Assembly: GCA_963663545.1 (NCBI GenBank)
Contig: OY760505.1
Location: 3,072,001 to 3,136,000, forward strand
DNA from: Candidatus Delongbacteria bacterium
GTDB taxonomy: Bacteria; CAIWAD01
Reading direction: 5' to 3'
Length of the DNA: 64,000 nt
Shown piece after piece: positions 1 to 9,914 of the stretch. Position 1 is the first letter of the stretch, and each line of letters starts with the position of its first letter. The position numbers and the translations under genes are program-made. The notes beneath the pieces were generated by a model. The model saw only the letters and a program-made list of their open reading frames with translations, ran no database searches and was not told where the DNA came from.

Positions 1-1
1 G

Positions 2-202
2 CGCAACTCGCCTACAAACCTGTCCCGCAGTCTGGGACACTCAGATGGCTATCAGTATCCGCCCAACTTCGATGGTAGTTTTGTGACACAACAGTATTTG
101 CCGGTAGAAGTCAATCAGGTCTTCTATCGTCCACAGGAGCGCGGTACCGAATCACGCATTCGCGCCTATCTGAAGGCCTGCTGGCCGGAGCGCGAGCTGT
201 GA
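2..202 (+). CDS. rarA: Replication-associated recombination protein A (RarA/MgsA), 3' end only
   Basis: Frame 2 reads RNSPTNLSRSLGHSDGYQYPPNFDGSFVTQQYLP...FYRPQERGTE, matching the MgsA C-terminal pattern (RNAPT..GYxY....QQYLP...FY.P..RG.E). Stop TGA 200-202 overlaps the next start. Confidence 0.8.
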   Translation, partial: RNSPTNLSRSLGHSDGYQYPPNFDGSFVTQQYLPVEVNQVFYRPQERGTESRIRAYLKACWPEREL

Positions 203-672
203 TACATTTGCACATTTACCTTACTGGAAAGTCGCGCGAGAAATGGACACAGCTAGCGGAGCAGGAGTATCACAAGCGACTGCGACCCATGGCGCGACTG
301 GAGATTCACGAGCTTCGCGCCCAGACCCTGCGCGAAGACACGGACATCGACGCCGTCAAGGAGATCGAAACTCGCGCTCTGCTGGATGCCTCTATCGGCT
401 GTGATCTGCGCATCGCATTGGATGAACGGGGAGAACAGCTGAGTAGTGAAGAGCTGGCTGCAACTCTCGGAAAGTGGACACTGAAGGGTGTCAGTCGCAT
501 TGCCTTTCTCGTCGGTGGTGCAAGCGGTCTTGACCCGTCCCTTGTATCACAGGCGGATCTGGTGTTATCTCTTTCACGCATGACTTTCACTCACCAGATG
601 GTACGTCTGTTTCTGGTGGAACAACTCTATCGGGCACTGATGATCCAGGCAGGTCGCCCGTATCACAGATGA
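199..672 (+). CDS. rlmH: 23S rRNA (pseudouridine1915-N3)-methyltransferase, SPOUT family
   Basis: 157 aa; ALDERG, FLVGGASG, LSLSRMTFTHQMVRLFLVEQLYRA and terminal PYHR motifs. Confidence 0.95.
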   Translation: MIHLHIYLTGKSREKWTQLAEQEYHKRLRPMARLEIHELRAQTLREDTDIDAVKEIETRALLDASIGCDLRIALDERGEQLSSEELAATLGKWTLKGVSRIAFLVGGASGLDPSLVSQADLVLSLSRMTFTHQMVRLFLVEQLYRALMIQAGRPYHR

Positions 673-2216
673 CAGGATCAGTAATGAGCTCTAAGACTGT
701 AGATATTTCTCACTATGTGACCAGTACCACGGATTCCGTGTATTGCCTGCGCAATCTTCCGCCGGAAGTGTGTGCTGTGCTTTTTGCCTACGTCAGTCGC
801 AGTCCGGCAAGTTTCCGTGACAATCTGCGGCTATTGCTTTCCCAAGGCGATGTGGACTTGCCAGCGGATCACACTCGCAGCGAGTTTCAGACTGAAAAGG
901 CCTCGCGCTTTCACGAGAAGTGGGTGCTGGGCTACGGACATAGCAGTGTGGCCGAGCATGCTGAACTGAAGATCGCGGTCGACGAGCTGTCCATTCTGGC
1001 AGCAAAGGCTGTGGAGGACAACCGGCTGGCGGCATTTACTGAGAAGTCGAGTCGCTATCAGGTCTTTGACGCCGATCGCTTTCATTGGCCCGCTGAGATA
1101 GCACAGAGCAAGTGGCGCGAGGAAGCGAAAGGTTTGATCCAAGACCTGTATCACATGTATCACAGCTTGTACGACCCCGTGCGTGCGCAACTTGCTGATG
1201 CACGTCCGCGGCCAGAAGGCCTGAGCGACAAGGCCTGGGAAAGTACACTACACGCCGCTGCCTGCGACGTGATCCGTTACTTGTTGCCAGCAGGCACCAT
1301 GACCAGCATGGGGATCTCGATCAATGCACGTGCCGCCGCTCACATGATACGCAAGCTGCGCGCCAGCGAGCTCGAAGAACTACGCATTCTCGGGGATCGC
1401 TTTTGCGAGGAAGGAAGCCGTATCACGCCAGTACTGCTGAAGTACGCGGCGCCAGGTGCCTTTGCCTCCGGCTGGCAGGAGAGGATTCGTGAGGCAGGCC
1501 GCGAGCCGGTGGAGGAGGCCGTGCACGAGAACCCACAACGTGTGCGCCTGTTAGATTACGATGTCGATGGTGTGGAACGCATTCTAGCGGATCTGCTTTT
1601 CTCCAGCGGTGATACAAGCCTCCTAGCGGCGCGTAAACTTGCTGCCTCGATGTCGACAAACGATCGTCAGGAACTGCTTGCTGCGGCACTGGGCAACATG
1701 GACAAGCACGACTGGCCACCGCGCGCGTTGGAGCAGGCCGGGTTGACGGTTGAGTTCTGTGTGGATTACGGCGCCTTTCGCGATCTGCAGCGACACCGCA
1801 TGTGTACGATCAGCCAGGCTCCTTTGGGCTGTCGCTGGGGTTATGACACTCCTGAAATCTTGGTGGAGAACCGTGAGTATCACGAGTTGATGAAGCGTGC
1901 AACACAATTGTGGCATAAGCTTAACACCGAAAGCCGTGCTGCCGCCCAGTATTTCGTTCCGCTGGCTTTCAGGCAGCGATTCGTGATGAAATTGAATCTG
2001 CGTGAAGCCGAGCATATTATCCGCTTGCGAAGTTCGGCGGCTGGCCATTGGTCTTACCGCCGGGCGGCACAGGATTTGTATCACATCCTGGTTGGCTGCT
2101 ATCCTGAGCTGGAAGCCTACTACAGAGTCGACCTGGAAGAGCACAGTTGGGCAAGAGCAGGCGAAGAGGCGCGTAAGACCCAGCGGCTGCAACAGTCCGA
2201 ATCGGCGGATGCGTGA
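669..2216 (+). CDS. thyX: FAD-dependent thymidylate synthase, long two-domain form
   Basis: 515 aa; YGHSSVAEH and EKSSRY in the N-half, RDLQRHR and RLRS...HWSYR in the C-half. Confidence 0.88.
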   Translation: MTGSVMSSKTVDISHYVTSTTDSVYCLRNLPPEVCAVLFAYVSRSPASFRDNLRLLLSQGDVDLPADHTRSEFQTEKASRFHEKWVLGYGHSSVAEHAELKIAVDELSILAAKAVEDNRLAAFTEKSSRYQVFDADRFHWPAEIAQSKWREEAKGLIQDLYHMYHSLYDPVRAQLADARPRPEGLSDKAWESTLHAAACDVIRYLLPAGTMTSMGISINARAAAHMIRKLRASELEELRILGDRFCEEGSRITPVLLKYAAPGAFASGWQERIREAGREPVEEAVHENPQRVRLLDYDVDGVERILADLLFSSGDTSLLAARKLAASMSTNDRQELLAAALGNMDKHDWPPRALEQAGLTVEFCVDYGAFRDLQRHRMCTISQAPLGCRWGYDTPEILVENREYHELMKRATQLWHKLNTESRAAAQYFVPLAFRQRFVMKLNLREAEHIIRLRSSAAGHWSYRRAAQDLYHILVGCYPELEAYYRVDLEEHSWARAGEEARKTQRLQQSESADA

Positions 2217-2286
2217 TCCAAAGAAACGCTCGCGGTGCTATATTGCCGTGTCGCAGGATCGGGCGTAGGGAAGTGATGAGGGAAGA

Positions 2287-2598
2287 ATGAACGAGAATGG
2301 GTATCAGCTTTTCATTGGTGTCGAAGTGACCAGTCGTCTTCAGGACAATCTGGACAACTGCAAACCCGCCATGGCCATGTACTTCAGAGAAGGCCTTCCA
2401 GAGTTTCTCAGCATTGTGCGCATCGGCGACAAGGACTACATCGGACGTCCGGTAGACAACCACTTTCCCTGTCAGGATTTGGACAATGTCTATCGCAATG
2501 TGCTGAGCCTTTTGAAGAAAATCGTGCCGAACTTTCGCCTTGAGGCTGAAAAAGTGGGCATTCACGCATTGCCCCAACCCTTGCGTCACATGCTGTAG
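2287..2598 (+). CDS. Hypothetical protein (103 aa)
   Basis: ATG after a purine-rich RBS (GAGGGAAG); protein-like composition; co-oriented with thyX; no family recognised. Confidence 0.7.
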   Translation: MNENGYQLFIGVEVTSRLQDNLDNCKPAMAMYFREGLPEFLSIVRIGDKDYIGRPVDNHFPCQDLDNVYRNVLSLLKKIVPNFRLEAEKVGIHALPQPLRHML

Positions 2599-2620
2599 TG
2601 CTCTGCTGGCTCAGGAAAGA

Positions 2621-3166
2621 CTAACGGACCGAGATGTAGTATTCGCCGTTCCCACTAATGAGATCTCGTTCCTCCAGCAGGGGTAGCAGTTTTTCCCATT
2701 CCGGAAGATAGCTCGCCCACATTTTGCCCAGCTCATCCCGGTGATAGAAGTGGCGTGGCCGCAGTGATGCTGCAAACCATTGTAGCAGAATCTCGCGCTG
2801 GCGCGGGTGCTGTGGCAGGATCCCTTCGGCACGCGACAGGAAGCGACGGATTACTAGCTCACGGTAACGTCGCGAGCATCCATCCTGGTCTTCACGCTCC
2901 TGTATCAAGGAATCCAGCCAATGACGAAGCTCGTGAAGCTGACCTGTACGCAGATAATAATCGCGGTGCTTCCCACTCTGGCGGCTACCGACCAGGCCCG
3001 CTTGCCGCAACTGCTGAAGATGATGACTGACAGTGGCGACATGCAGACCGGTTTCTTCCGCCAGATCGCTGACGCCCCAGTCTGCCTGTGCCAGTAAGGC
3101 CAGGATTCCGCAGCGCTGCGGATCTCCCATCAATCGACCCAAATGACTCATGGTTTTGTTTGGCAT
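2621..3166 (-). CDS. ArsR/SmtB-family transcriptional regulator with DUF2087-like C-terminal region
   Basis: GDPQRCGILALL..VSDLAEETGLHVATVSHHLQQLRQAGLV winged helix; C-terminal LPQHPRQREILL...Y; GGAGGTG RBS supports the ATG at 3166. Confidence 0.8.
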   Translation of the reverse strand: MPNKTMSHLGRLMGDPQRCGILALLAQADWGVSDLAEETGLHVATVSHHLQQLRQAGLVGSRQSGKHRDYYLRTGQLHELRHWLDSLIQEREDQDGCSRRYRELVIRRFLSRAEGILPQHPRQREILLQWFAASLRPRHFYHRDELGKMWASYLPEWEKLLPLLEERDLISGNGEYYISVR

Positions 3167-3407
3167 GACGCTACACCTCCGCAGCAACACCTTAACCCAC
3201 AATCTACCACACATTAATTGCAGAAAAAACAAGAGTAGAGGTTGTGGCTGCTTTATAGACAATCTCAATGGACAGGTAGGCGTGCGCGGTTCCTTCCTGG
3301 CGACGTGCGACAAATGCTAAAGGCATGAGCTATCTAATTATATAAATATCAACATGAACACTTGGTTTCTGGATAGTAGAAAATGAGCATTCTTTGCTCT
3401 TCTTCCC

Positions 3408-3437
3408 TTGACATCGCTAGGTCAGAGGTGGTAGATT
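3408..3437 (+). promoter_or_regulatory. Sigma70-type promoter of the dcw operon
   Basis: TTGACA (3408-3413), 18-nt spacer, extended -10 TGgTAGATT (3429-3437). Confidence 0.7.
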
Positions 3438-3465
3438 ATTGGGGACGATTGTGGTAATTGGTGGG
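3428..3465 (+). promoter_or_regulatory. MraZ-binding repeats
   Basis: GGGG/GTGG/GTGG at 3441, 3451 and 3461 (10-bp period) plus GTGG at 3428, directly upstream of mraZ; matches the known MraZ operator layout. Confidence 0.7.
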
Positions 3466-3477
3466 AGCAGCACTCAG

Positions 3478-3927
3478 ATGGCAACCAAGTTCCGCGGAGA
3501 GTATGACTACGCCCTTGATGAGAAGGGCCGCGTCAAGATTCCGGCCGCCTTCAAGGAGGGGCTGGGAGCCGTGGAGGGTTGCGTACTCTATCTCCTGCGA
3601 GACATTGAAGAGTGTATCGCCATGTACACTGCTGAGGAGTATGAGAAGCTAGCGGAGAAACTGGAGGGCGTCAGCGGCATGAGTCGTCGCGGTCGTCAGC
3701 TCGTTAGGCGACTGATCTCTTCGGTTTTCGAGTGCCCCGTAGACGCCCAGGGTCGGGTAAAACTGCCGCAGAAACTGGTCGAGCACGCACAACTGCAAAA
3801 GGGCGGCACCATCACCCTCGCCGGATTTCGCAACTACGTACAGATCTGGAATCCTGCCACCTACCTGCAATCGATGGAGGACGCAGAGGGCGTTCTCAGC
3901 GAAGATGATCTTGAACTGGACCTCTAA
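3478..3927 (+). CDS. mraZ: Division/cell wall cluster transcriptional repressor MraZ
   Basis: FRGEYDYALDEKGRVKIPA and second VDAQGRVKLP AbrB-like repeat; first gene of the dcw cluster. Confidence 0.95.
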   Translation: MATKFRGEYDYALDEKGRVKIPAAFKEGLGAVEGCVLYLLRDIEECIAMYTAEEYEKLAEKLEGVSGMSRRGRQLVRRLISSVFECPVDAQGRVKLPQKLVEHAQLQKGGTITLAGFRNYVQIWNPATYLQSMEDAEGVLSEDDLELDL

Positions 3928-4220
3928 TGCATATCGTTCGACGTCAGGCAAGCAATGCGGATGTGTACCGCCTGAAGGGGAGGCTGAGTGCCCCGGCTGC
4001 AGCACAACTGAGTTTCATTGTGACACACCTAGCTAATTCCCGCGATCTGTTCTTCGATTGTAGACAGGTAACGGGAATGGAAGGGGCGCCTGCATCGGAT
4101 ATGCTGAAGGACGTGTTACAACGGGCACCCAAGGGTACGCGCGTACGAATCAGCGGTCTGCCGGACCAGGTGATTCAGGGGCATTCGCGTCAAGGGCTTC
4201 CCCGGGAAATTTTCGTCTGA
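3927..4220 (+). CDS. STAS-like small protein
   Basis: 97 aa; VYRLKGRLSAPAAAQL...LFFDCRQVTGME...VRISGLPDQV follows the STAS secondary-structure pattern; overlaps the mraZ stop (TAATG). Confidence 0.65.
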   Translation: MHIVRRQASNADVYRLKGRLSAPAAAQLSFIVTHLANSRDLFFDCRQVTGMEGAPASDMLKDVLQRAPKGTRVRISGLPDQVIQGHSRQGLPREIFV

Positions 4221-4222
4221 CC

Positions 4223-5146
4223 ATGTATCACGAACCCGTCATGTTGCAGGAGGTGCTTTCGTTTTGGTTTACCTCCCCGGTTGGGCTCTACCTCGACGGA
4301 ACGGTTGGCGGCGGTGGTCATAGCCGGGAGTTGCTGAAGCGACTCGCACCCGAAGGGCGATTGATCGTCCTTGACCGCGATCCGGAAGCCCTGGAAACGG
4401 GCGCCGCAGACGTGGTGGCGGATTCTCGTGTCACAGCGTATCAGCTGAATTACAGCCAGATACACACGCTGCCCGGACTCTCCGAGCAAGTGGACGGCGT
4501 TATGCTAGACCTAGGAACTTCGAGTCACCAATTGGACACTGCGACGCGCGGCTTCTCATTTATGCACGACGGCCCCTTGGATATGCGCATGAACGCATGT
4601 ACCGGAGAAAGCGCAGCACAGCTGATAGCGCGAGTATCCGAGGCGGAGTTGGGACGCCTGTTGCGTGACTATGGCGATGTGCGCGCCTGGCGTAGACTGG
4701 CGGCTGCCATTGTATCACAACGAGAGCAAAAAAAGATCGAGCGCACACTGGGGCTGGCCGCGCTGGTGGAGGGCGTGGTCGGTTCCAGTGGCAGTTACAA
4801 AGTACTTAGTCAGGTGTTTCAAGCGTTACGAATCGCAGTTAACCAAGAATTCGAGGGCATCGAAGAGTTCTTGGATCACGCACTTGATCTGCTGAAACCC
4901 GGTGGTCGTCTCGCAATAATCAGCTTCCATAGCGGTGAGGACGCGCTCATCAAACGTCGCTTCCGCTCCTGGTGTGAAGCACGACCGGTAAATCGTCATC
5001 TGCCCGTTCAGGAAGAGTTTCAGCCTCTGGCTCGCGATCTGGTTCGTGGTGGCGAGGTGGCAGAACCCAGCGAGCAAGAGCGCAATTCACGTGCACGCAG
5101 TGCCAGGTTGCGCGTTGTAGAGAAACTGCAGACGAGGGCATCATGA
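4223..5146 (+). CDS. rsmH: 16S rRNA (cytosine1402-N4)-methyltransferase
   Basis: HEPVMLQE, DGTVGGGGHS, DLGTSSHQLD..RGFSF..DGPLDMRM, FQALRIAVNQE, ISFHSGED, RARSARLR. Confidence 0.97.
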   Translation: MYHEPVMLQEVLSFWFTSPVGLYLDGTVGGGGHSRELLKRLAPEGRLIVLDRDPEALETGAADVVADSRVTAYQLNYSQIHTLPGLSEQVDGVMLDLGTSSHQLDTATRGFSFMHDGPLDMRMNACTGESAAQLIARVSEAELGRLLRDYGDVRAWRRLAAAIVSQREQKKIERTLGLAALVEGVVGSSGSYKVLSQVFQALRIAVNQEFEGIEEFLDHALDLLKPGGRLAIISFHSGEDALIKRRFRSWCEARPVNRHLPVQEEFQPLARDLVRGGEVAEPSEQERNSRARSARLRVVEKLQTRAS

Positions 5147-5523
5147 AGAAGCAGAACGTGGGCGCGCTGCGAATCAGTGAGCAGTTCGGTTTTCTTTGGC
5201 GGCTTCTGCCCGTGCTGTTGTTCGGCGTCAGTCTCTTGCTGGTGAAGGTGTGGAAAGAAGTTGCTCTGGGCGACATGAATCGCCAAGTCTTTGCGCTACG
5301 TGGACAGCTTGCCGCTCTGGAAGCCCGTCACATGCAACTCGATACCGAGTATCGCGAACTCACGGCCTTTGCACGCATCGAGCGTGAGGCCGCACAACGC
5401 TTGGGAATGGTCTACGGTAGTACTGCGGGAGACATCGAATTGCGTGCCGGCCTGGTGGAGCCCGGCAGACCTGTGCTACAAACAGAAGCTCAACTACAGG
5501 GGGCTCGTGCATGCACAAGGTAG
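5143..5523 (+). CDS. ftsL: Cell division protein FtsL
   Basis: Single TM segment, coiled coil, RIEREAAQRLGM motif; position between rsmH and the PBP gene. Confidence 0.85.
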   Translation: MKKQNVGALRISEQFGFLWRLLPVLLFGVSLLLVKVWKEVALGDMNRQVFALRGQLAALEARHMQLDTEYRELTAFARIEREAAQRLGMVYGSTAGDIELRAGLVEPGRPVLQTEAQLQGARACTR

Positions 5524-7421
5524 GCCTAAAGCCTTCACCTTTGCGTCACAAGGGTCGGGTCCTGGCACTGCAGGTGTTGGGCCTGATGCTGTTTGTAGCC
5601 GTTGGTGCAAAATTGTTCGTACTACAGGTCGTGTGGCACGATCGCCTCGATGCCATTGCACAGCGGCAGTTCTACGGTCACAGTCCGATCCAGGCACCCC
5701 GTGGCACCATCAGTGATCGTGATGGCCGATTGCTGGCCGTGGAGCTTCAGCGAGTTTACCGGCTAACTGCGGCTCCCGATAGCGTGTATCACGCCCGGGC
5801 ACTTGCCGACAGCTTGTCTCACATCTTGCACCGTCCGGCCCGTGAGCTCCGCCACATCCTGCAAAGTCAGGCGAATCGTGTGCGAGTGGCGGATGCGCTG
5901 GATATGGACCAGGCTGCTGCTGTTCGCAGTCTGCAGCACAACGGGCTCTTCCTGGAGGAGACCGGGGTGCGACGCTATCCTAATGGCAGCATTGCAGGCA
6001 ACTTGCTGGGCAGTGTGGATTTTCACGGCCATGGCGTCAGCGGGGTCGAATCCGCTTGCGACAGTTTGCTCTGTGGTACACCGGGTGAGGAGTATTACCT
6101 GCGGTTTGCCAGTGGCCGTCCAATGAAGACGATCTCCAATGATGATCTGCAACGTCGTGATGCAATGCCCGGTGCTGAAATTGCACTCAGTATCGACCTG
6201 AGGTACCAAACCATCGCCGAGGAAGAGCTGGCCGCTGCTGTGGAGAAATGGCACGCGAAGTCAGCACAGGTGATTATGCTGGATTCGTCTACGGGCGAAG
6301 TATTAGCGTTGGTGACACAACCTGGATTCAATCCCGACTCGCGCGATGTCTACCAGCCTGATGCGGCCCGCATGCGCTGCATCATGGATCAGTACGAACC
6401 CGGTTCCACGCTGAAGGCCATCACGTATGCTGCCGCCTACGAAAGCGGTGTTGTGCGTGATCCGGAAGAGCGTCTCTATTGCCACGAGGGTAACTACCGC
6501 GTCGCCAACCGCGTGATACACGACTCCAATCGCGATGGTTACGATACCCTTAGCGTGTCCGAAATCTTTTCCAACAGTTCCAACATTGGCACCGTTTTGC
6601 TGGCACAGCGCATGGATCACGAGGACCTATACGTAATGCTGCGCAATTTCGGCTTTGGCTGTCCGACAGGAATCGAGCTGGGCGGAGAGTGCAGCGGAAG
6701 CCTGCCTCGCCTTTCCCAGTGGGGGCCTGTGGAATTCGCCAACATCGCCATGGGACAGGGTGTTGCCGTTAACGCATTGCAAGTAGCCTGTGCCTTCGGC
6801 GCAGTGATGAATGACGGCGTTTTGATGCGTCCGCAGTTGATCCACGCTGTGCGAGGACCGGAACTGAACCGCGTCAGTCAGCCCGTCGTTGTGCGTAGGG
6901 TAATCAGCAAGGAATCCGCCCGTTGGTTGCGTAGCATGATGCGTCGCGTCGTCGAGGATGGTACCGCGCCCGCGGCTGCCATTGAGGGCCAAATCGTGTA
7001 CGGCAAGACGGGAACAGCGCAGAAGGTGGATCCTGAAAGCCATCGCTATTCGCATCACGACTACGTCAGCAGTTTTGTGGGTATGACCGAGATCAACGGG
7101 CGTCCCCTGGTTTGCCTTGTGCTGCTGGATACACCACGCGGAGCCGTTTACGGTGGGACAACAGCTGCCCCGGTGTTTCGCAAGGTCTGCGAGCGCGTGA
7201 TGCAACTGGAGGAAGGCAGCCAGCACGACAATTCCCCCTACTATTGGGTAGGAAAGCCTGTGCCGCAGCGTTCTTCAGAAAACGAGTCAGGGAGTCTGCG
7301 TGCTGAGCTACGCGAAGTCAGTGCCTGGGCTTCTGACATTCACTTGCAGGGACAGGGACATCGCTGCGTCAGTGTATCACGCAAGGATAACAATACCGAA
7401 GCCGTGCTTCGTTTGAACTGA
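5511..7421 (+). CDS. ftsI: Peptidoglycan D,D-transpeptidase FtsI (class B PBP)
   Basis: RGTISDRDG, RRYPNG, EPGSTLK (SxxK), SSN (SxN), KTGT. Confidence 0.93.
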   Translation: MHKVGLKPSPLRHKGRVLALQVLGLMLFVAVGAKLFVLQVVWHDRLDAIAQRQFYGHSPIQAPRGTISDRDGRLLAVELQRVYRLTAAPDSVYHARALADSLSHILHRPARELRHILQSQANRVRVADALDMDQAAAVRSLQHNGLFLEETGVRRYPNGSIAGNLLGSVDFHGHGVSGVESACDSLLCGTPGEEYYLRFASGRPMKTISNDDLQRRDAMPGAEIALSIDLRYQTIAEEELAAAVEKWHAKSAQVIMLDSSTGEVLALVTQPGFNPDSRDVYQPDAARMRCIMDQYEPGSTLKAITYAAAYESGVVRDPEERLYCHEGNYRVANRVIHDSNRDGYDTLSVSEIFSNSSNIGTVLLAQRMDHEDLYVMLRNFGFGCPTGIELGGECSGSLPRLSQWGPVEFANIAMGQGVAVNALQVACAFGAVMNDGVLMRPQLIHAVRGPELNRVSQPVVVRRVISKESARWLRSMMRRVVEDGTAPAAAIEGQIVYGKTGTAQKVDPESHRYSHHDYVSSFVGMTEINGRPLVCLVLLDTPRGAVYGGTTAAPVFRKVCERVMQLEEGSQHDNSPYYWVGKPVPQRSSENESGSLRAELREVSAWASDIHLQGQGHRCVSVSRKDNNTEAVLRLN

Positions 7422-7428
7422 GGTCGGA

Positions 7429-8787
7429 ATGCGTTGGACCAGTGGACAGTTGAGTTCCATTCTTCGTCTGCCACAGACGGAGGATCGGCCCATTCAGGGC
7501 CGACTGCTGCTGGATTCGCGACAGGCTCAACAGGATGACCTCTTTGTTGCTCTAAACGGCGAACACACAAATGGACACCTGTTTGTCCCGCAAGCTCTTG
7601 CGCAGGGAGCCTGGGTGCTAGCCGAGACAAGTCAGGCTCAGAGCCTAGGCGTGCACCCGAAGGTGCTGCTGGTTGAGGACTGCCGAAACGCACTGGAGAC
7701 CCTCGCATCAGCCGCGAGGGATTTGTATCACGGTGACCTTGTTGCCATTACCGGCTCAAACGGCAAGACGACGACCAAGGAACTCGTGTATCACCTGGTG
7801 GCTGCCGATCGTCGTTGTGACGCCACAAAGGGAAACCTGAACAGCACGCTAGGTGTACCGCTGACACTGATCAACGAGCTGGATCAGCAGGATTGCTTCG
7901 TTCTTGAGGCTGGTGCCAGTGCTCCTGGAGAGATCGCTCGTATCTGCCGCATAGCTCGTCCAACTCATGGATGTATCACCAACCTTGCCGTAGCACACCT
8001 GGAGCGTTTCGGAAGCTTAGAGGGAGTAGCAAAGGCCAAGGGCGAGTTGATGCAGTGGATGGCAGACAGCGATGGTTGTGCCATTGTCAACGAAGGTGAT
8101 CCGCTGATTTCGAGTTTGGCTAAACACGTATCACGCCGCAAAGGCTTCAATCTTGCGACCGGATTGCTTCCAGGCGGACATCGTCTACAGATGAATGGAT
8201 ACGATGATCAGGCGCGCGCTTGCCTAAGCCTGGATGGCCACGAGCTACGTCTGGGGGTTCCCGGAAAAGCCTTTTTGCATTGTGCGTTTGCAGCGTTGGC
8301 GATCGCGCTGGCGCTTGAGGTGCCTGTAGCACTTGCACTGGAAATTCTCTCTCAGCCAATAACGCTGAGTGGACGCATGCGTGTGATACACGCCAAGGGA
8401 ATCACGCTACTGGATGATTGCTACAACTCTAATCCGGCCTCGCTAGCGGCTGCAATAGACACCATGTCGCACATGACATGTAGTGGAAAGCGCATTGCTG
8501 TGTTGGGTGGTATGGGTGAGCTGGGCGCCGAAAGCGAACGATTGCATTTCGAGGCAGGCAAGGAAGCCGCCAAGGCTGCTATTGATCGATTCCTGGTGGT
8601 GGGTACTGAATCCCACGTCCACTCATTGGCAGAGGGATTGCGCAGTAGCGGTGCAGCTGTTGGTGATCCACTGGACCGTGAGGCAGCGGGACGTTTGCTG
8701 CAGCGGGAATGCGTCCCGGGTGACATTGTCTTGCTCAAGGGCAGCCGTTCCTATGGCCTAGAGAAACTGCTGGAGGCCTGGCTGTGA
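7429..8787 (+). CDS. murF: UDP-MurNAc-tripeptide--D-Ala-D-Ala ligase
   Basis: DSR..LFVALNGEHTNGH, ITGSNGKTTTKE, NLNSTLGVPLT, DDCYNSNP, VLGGMGELG, LLKGSRS. Confidence 0.93.
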   Translation: MRWTSGQLSSILRLPQTEDRPIQGRLLLDSRQAQQDDLFVALNGEHTNGHLFVPQALAQGAWVLAETSQAQSLGVHPKVLLVEDCRNALETLASAARDLYHGDLVAITGSNGKTTTKELVYHLVAADRRCDATKGNLNSTLGVPLTLINELDQQDCFVLEAGASAPGEIARICRIARPTHGCITNLAVAHLERFGSLEGVAKAKGELMQWMADSDGCAIVNEGDPLISSLAKHVSRRKGFNLATGLLPGGHRLQMNGYDDQARACLSLDGHELRLGVPGKAFLHCAFAALAIALALEVPVALALEILSQPITLSGRMRVIHAKGITLLDDCYNSNPASLAAAIDTMSHMTCSGKRIAVLGGMGELGAESERLHFEAGKEAAKAAIDRFLVVGTESHVHSLAEGLRSSGAAVGDPLDREAAGRLLQRECVPGDIVLLKGSRSYGLEKLLEAWL

Positions 8788-9914
8788 GCGAATCACGCGC
8801 ATACACCGAGCCTGTTTTTGGAAGGCCCGCCAAGATCGATCGCATGCTGGCCATCAGCCTGTTGCTGATTATTGGTGCGGGATGTATCACAGTCTATTCC
8901 GCCTCGTCAGCCCATGGCATGATGAACAGCCATGGCCGTGCCGGACATTTTCTTTTCAGTCATTTGCGCAACCTGGCCGTCGGTTTGAGCGCCTGTCTGA
9001 TCATGATGCGCGTGGACTATCATCGGTTGCGAAGTTTTGCATTGCCGCTCATGCTGCTGACCATTGCCGGTCTCGTACTCACGCTAACCCTGGGGCATCG
9101 CATCAACGGCTCCATTCGCTGGTTCTCGCTGGGACCGCTGCGCGTGCAGCTTGCCGAGCCTTGTCGCTTTGCGGTAGTGCTCTTTCTTGCATCACGCCTT
9201 GCCGCTGTGCAGGACTTTCGCAAGCAATGGATCACCGTCTTACCCACAGCCGGATTGGTAGCCGTGTGTCTGGGATTGATCTACCTGCAGCCGAACTATT
9301 CTACGCTGATGATCATCGCTCTGGTGGCGGGAGGTATGTTCTTTCTGGCTGGCGTTCCCATGCTATGGATATCATTGGCGGGGGTCAGCTTGAGCGTCCC
9401 TGCTGTGATACTGCTGATGAAGGCGCTCTATCGTAGCCACCGAGTTCTTGAGTGGAAAGCTGGCTTCCTGAGTGCCATTCACCCGACCGATCAGGTGATG
9501 CAATCCTACATCGCACTTGGACGCGGCGGCATCGAAGGACGCGGTGTCGGCGAAAGCCTGCAGAAGCTCTTTTATCTGCCGGAGCCTTTCAACGATTTCA
9601 TTTTCTCGATCTGGGGAGAAGAGTGGGGTCTTGTTGGCTGCCTGCTGTTGCTCGCCATCTACGCTTTCGTCTTTCTACGTGGGCTGAATATCATGCGTCG
9701 TACGCGTGATGAGTTTGGCCGCATGCTTGCCGGCGGTGTCACCCTGGTTTTCTTCATGCAGACGGCGATCAACCTGATGACGGTCACTGGACTAATGCCA
9801 CCCACGGGGCAGGCGCTACCGCTGTTCTCCTACGGCGGATCCTCCATGGTGACCATGATGGGCGCGCTAGGCATTCTCCTCAATATCAGCTATCAGGCAC
9901 GGAGGCTCGACTGA
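8784..9914 (+). CDS. ftsW: SEDS peptidoglycan polymerase FtsW
   Basis: Multi-TM; NGSIRW, QPNYST, LPEPFNDFIFSIWGEEWG, LPLFSYGGSS. Confidence 0.93.
   Translation: MSESRAYTEPVFGRPAKIDRMLAISLLLIIGAGCITVYSASSAHGMMNSHGRAGHFLFSHLRNLAVGLSACLIMMRVDYHRLRSFALPLMLLTIAGLVLTLTLGHRINGSIRWFSLGPLRVQLAEPCRFAVVLFLASRLAAVQDFRKQWITVLPTAGLVAVCLGLIYLQPNYSTLMIIALVAGGMFFLAGVPMLWISLAGVSLSVPAVILLMKALYRSHRVLEWKAGFLSAIHPTDQVMQSYIALGRGGIEGRGVGESLQKLFYLPEPFNDFIFSIWGEEWGLVGCLLLLAIYAFVFLRGLNIMRRTRDEFGRMLAGGVTLVFFMQTAINLMTVTGLMPPTGQALPLFSYGGSSMVTMMGALGILLNISYQARRLD

Noticed and set aside
4197..4210. Noc-box-like CTTCCCCGGGAAAT
   Set aside because: Single imperfect copy in a coding region of an apparently non-Firmicutes genome.
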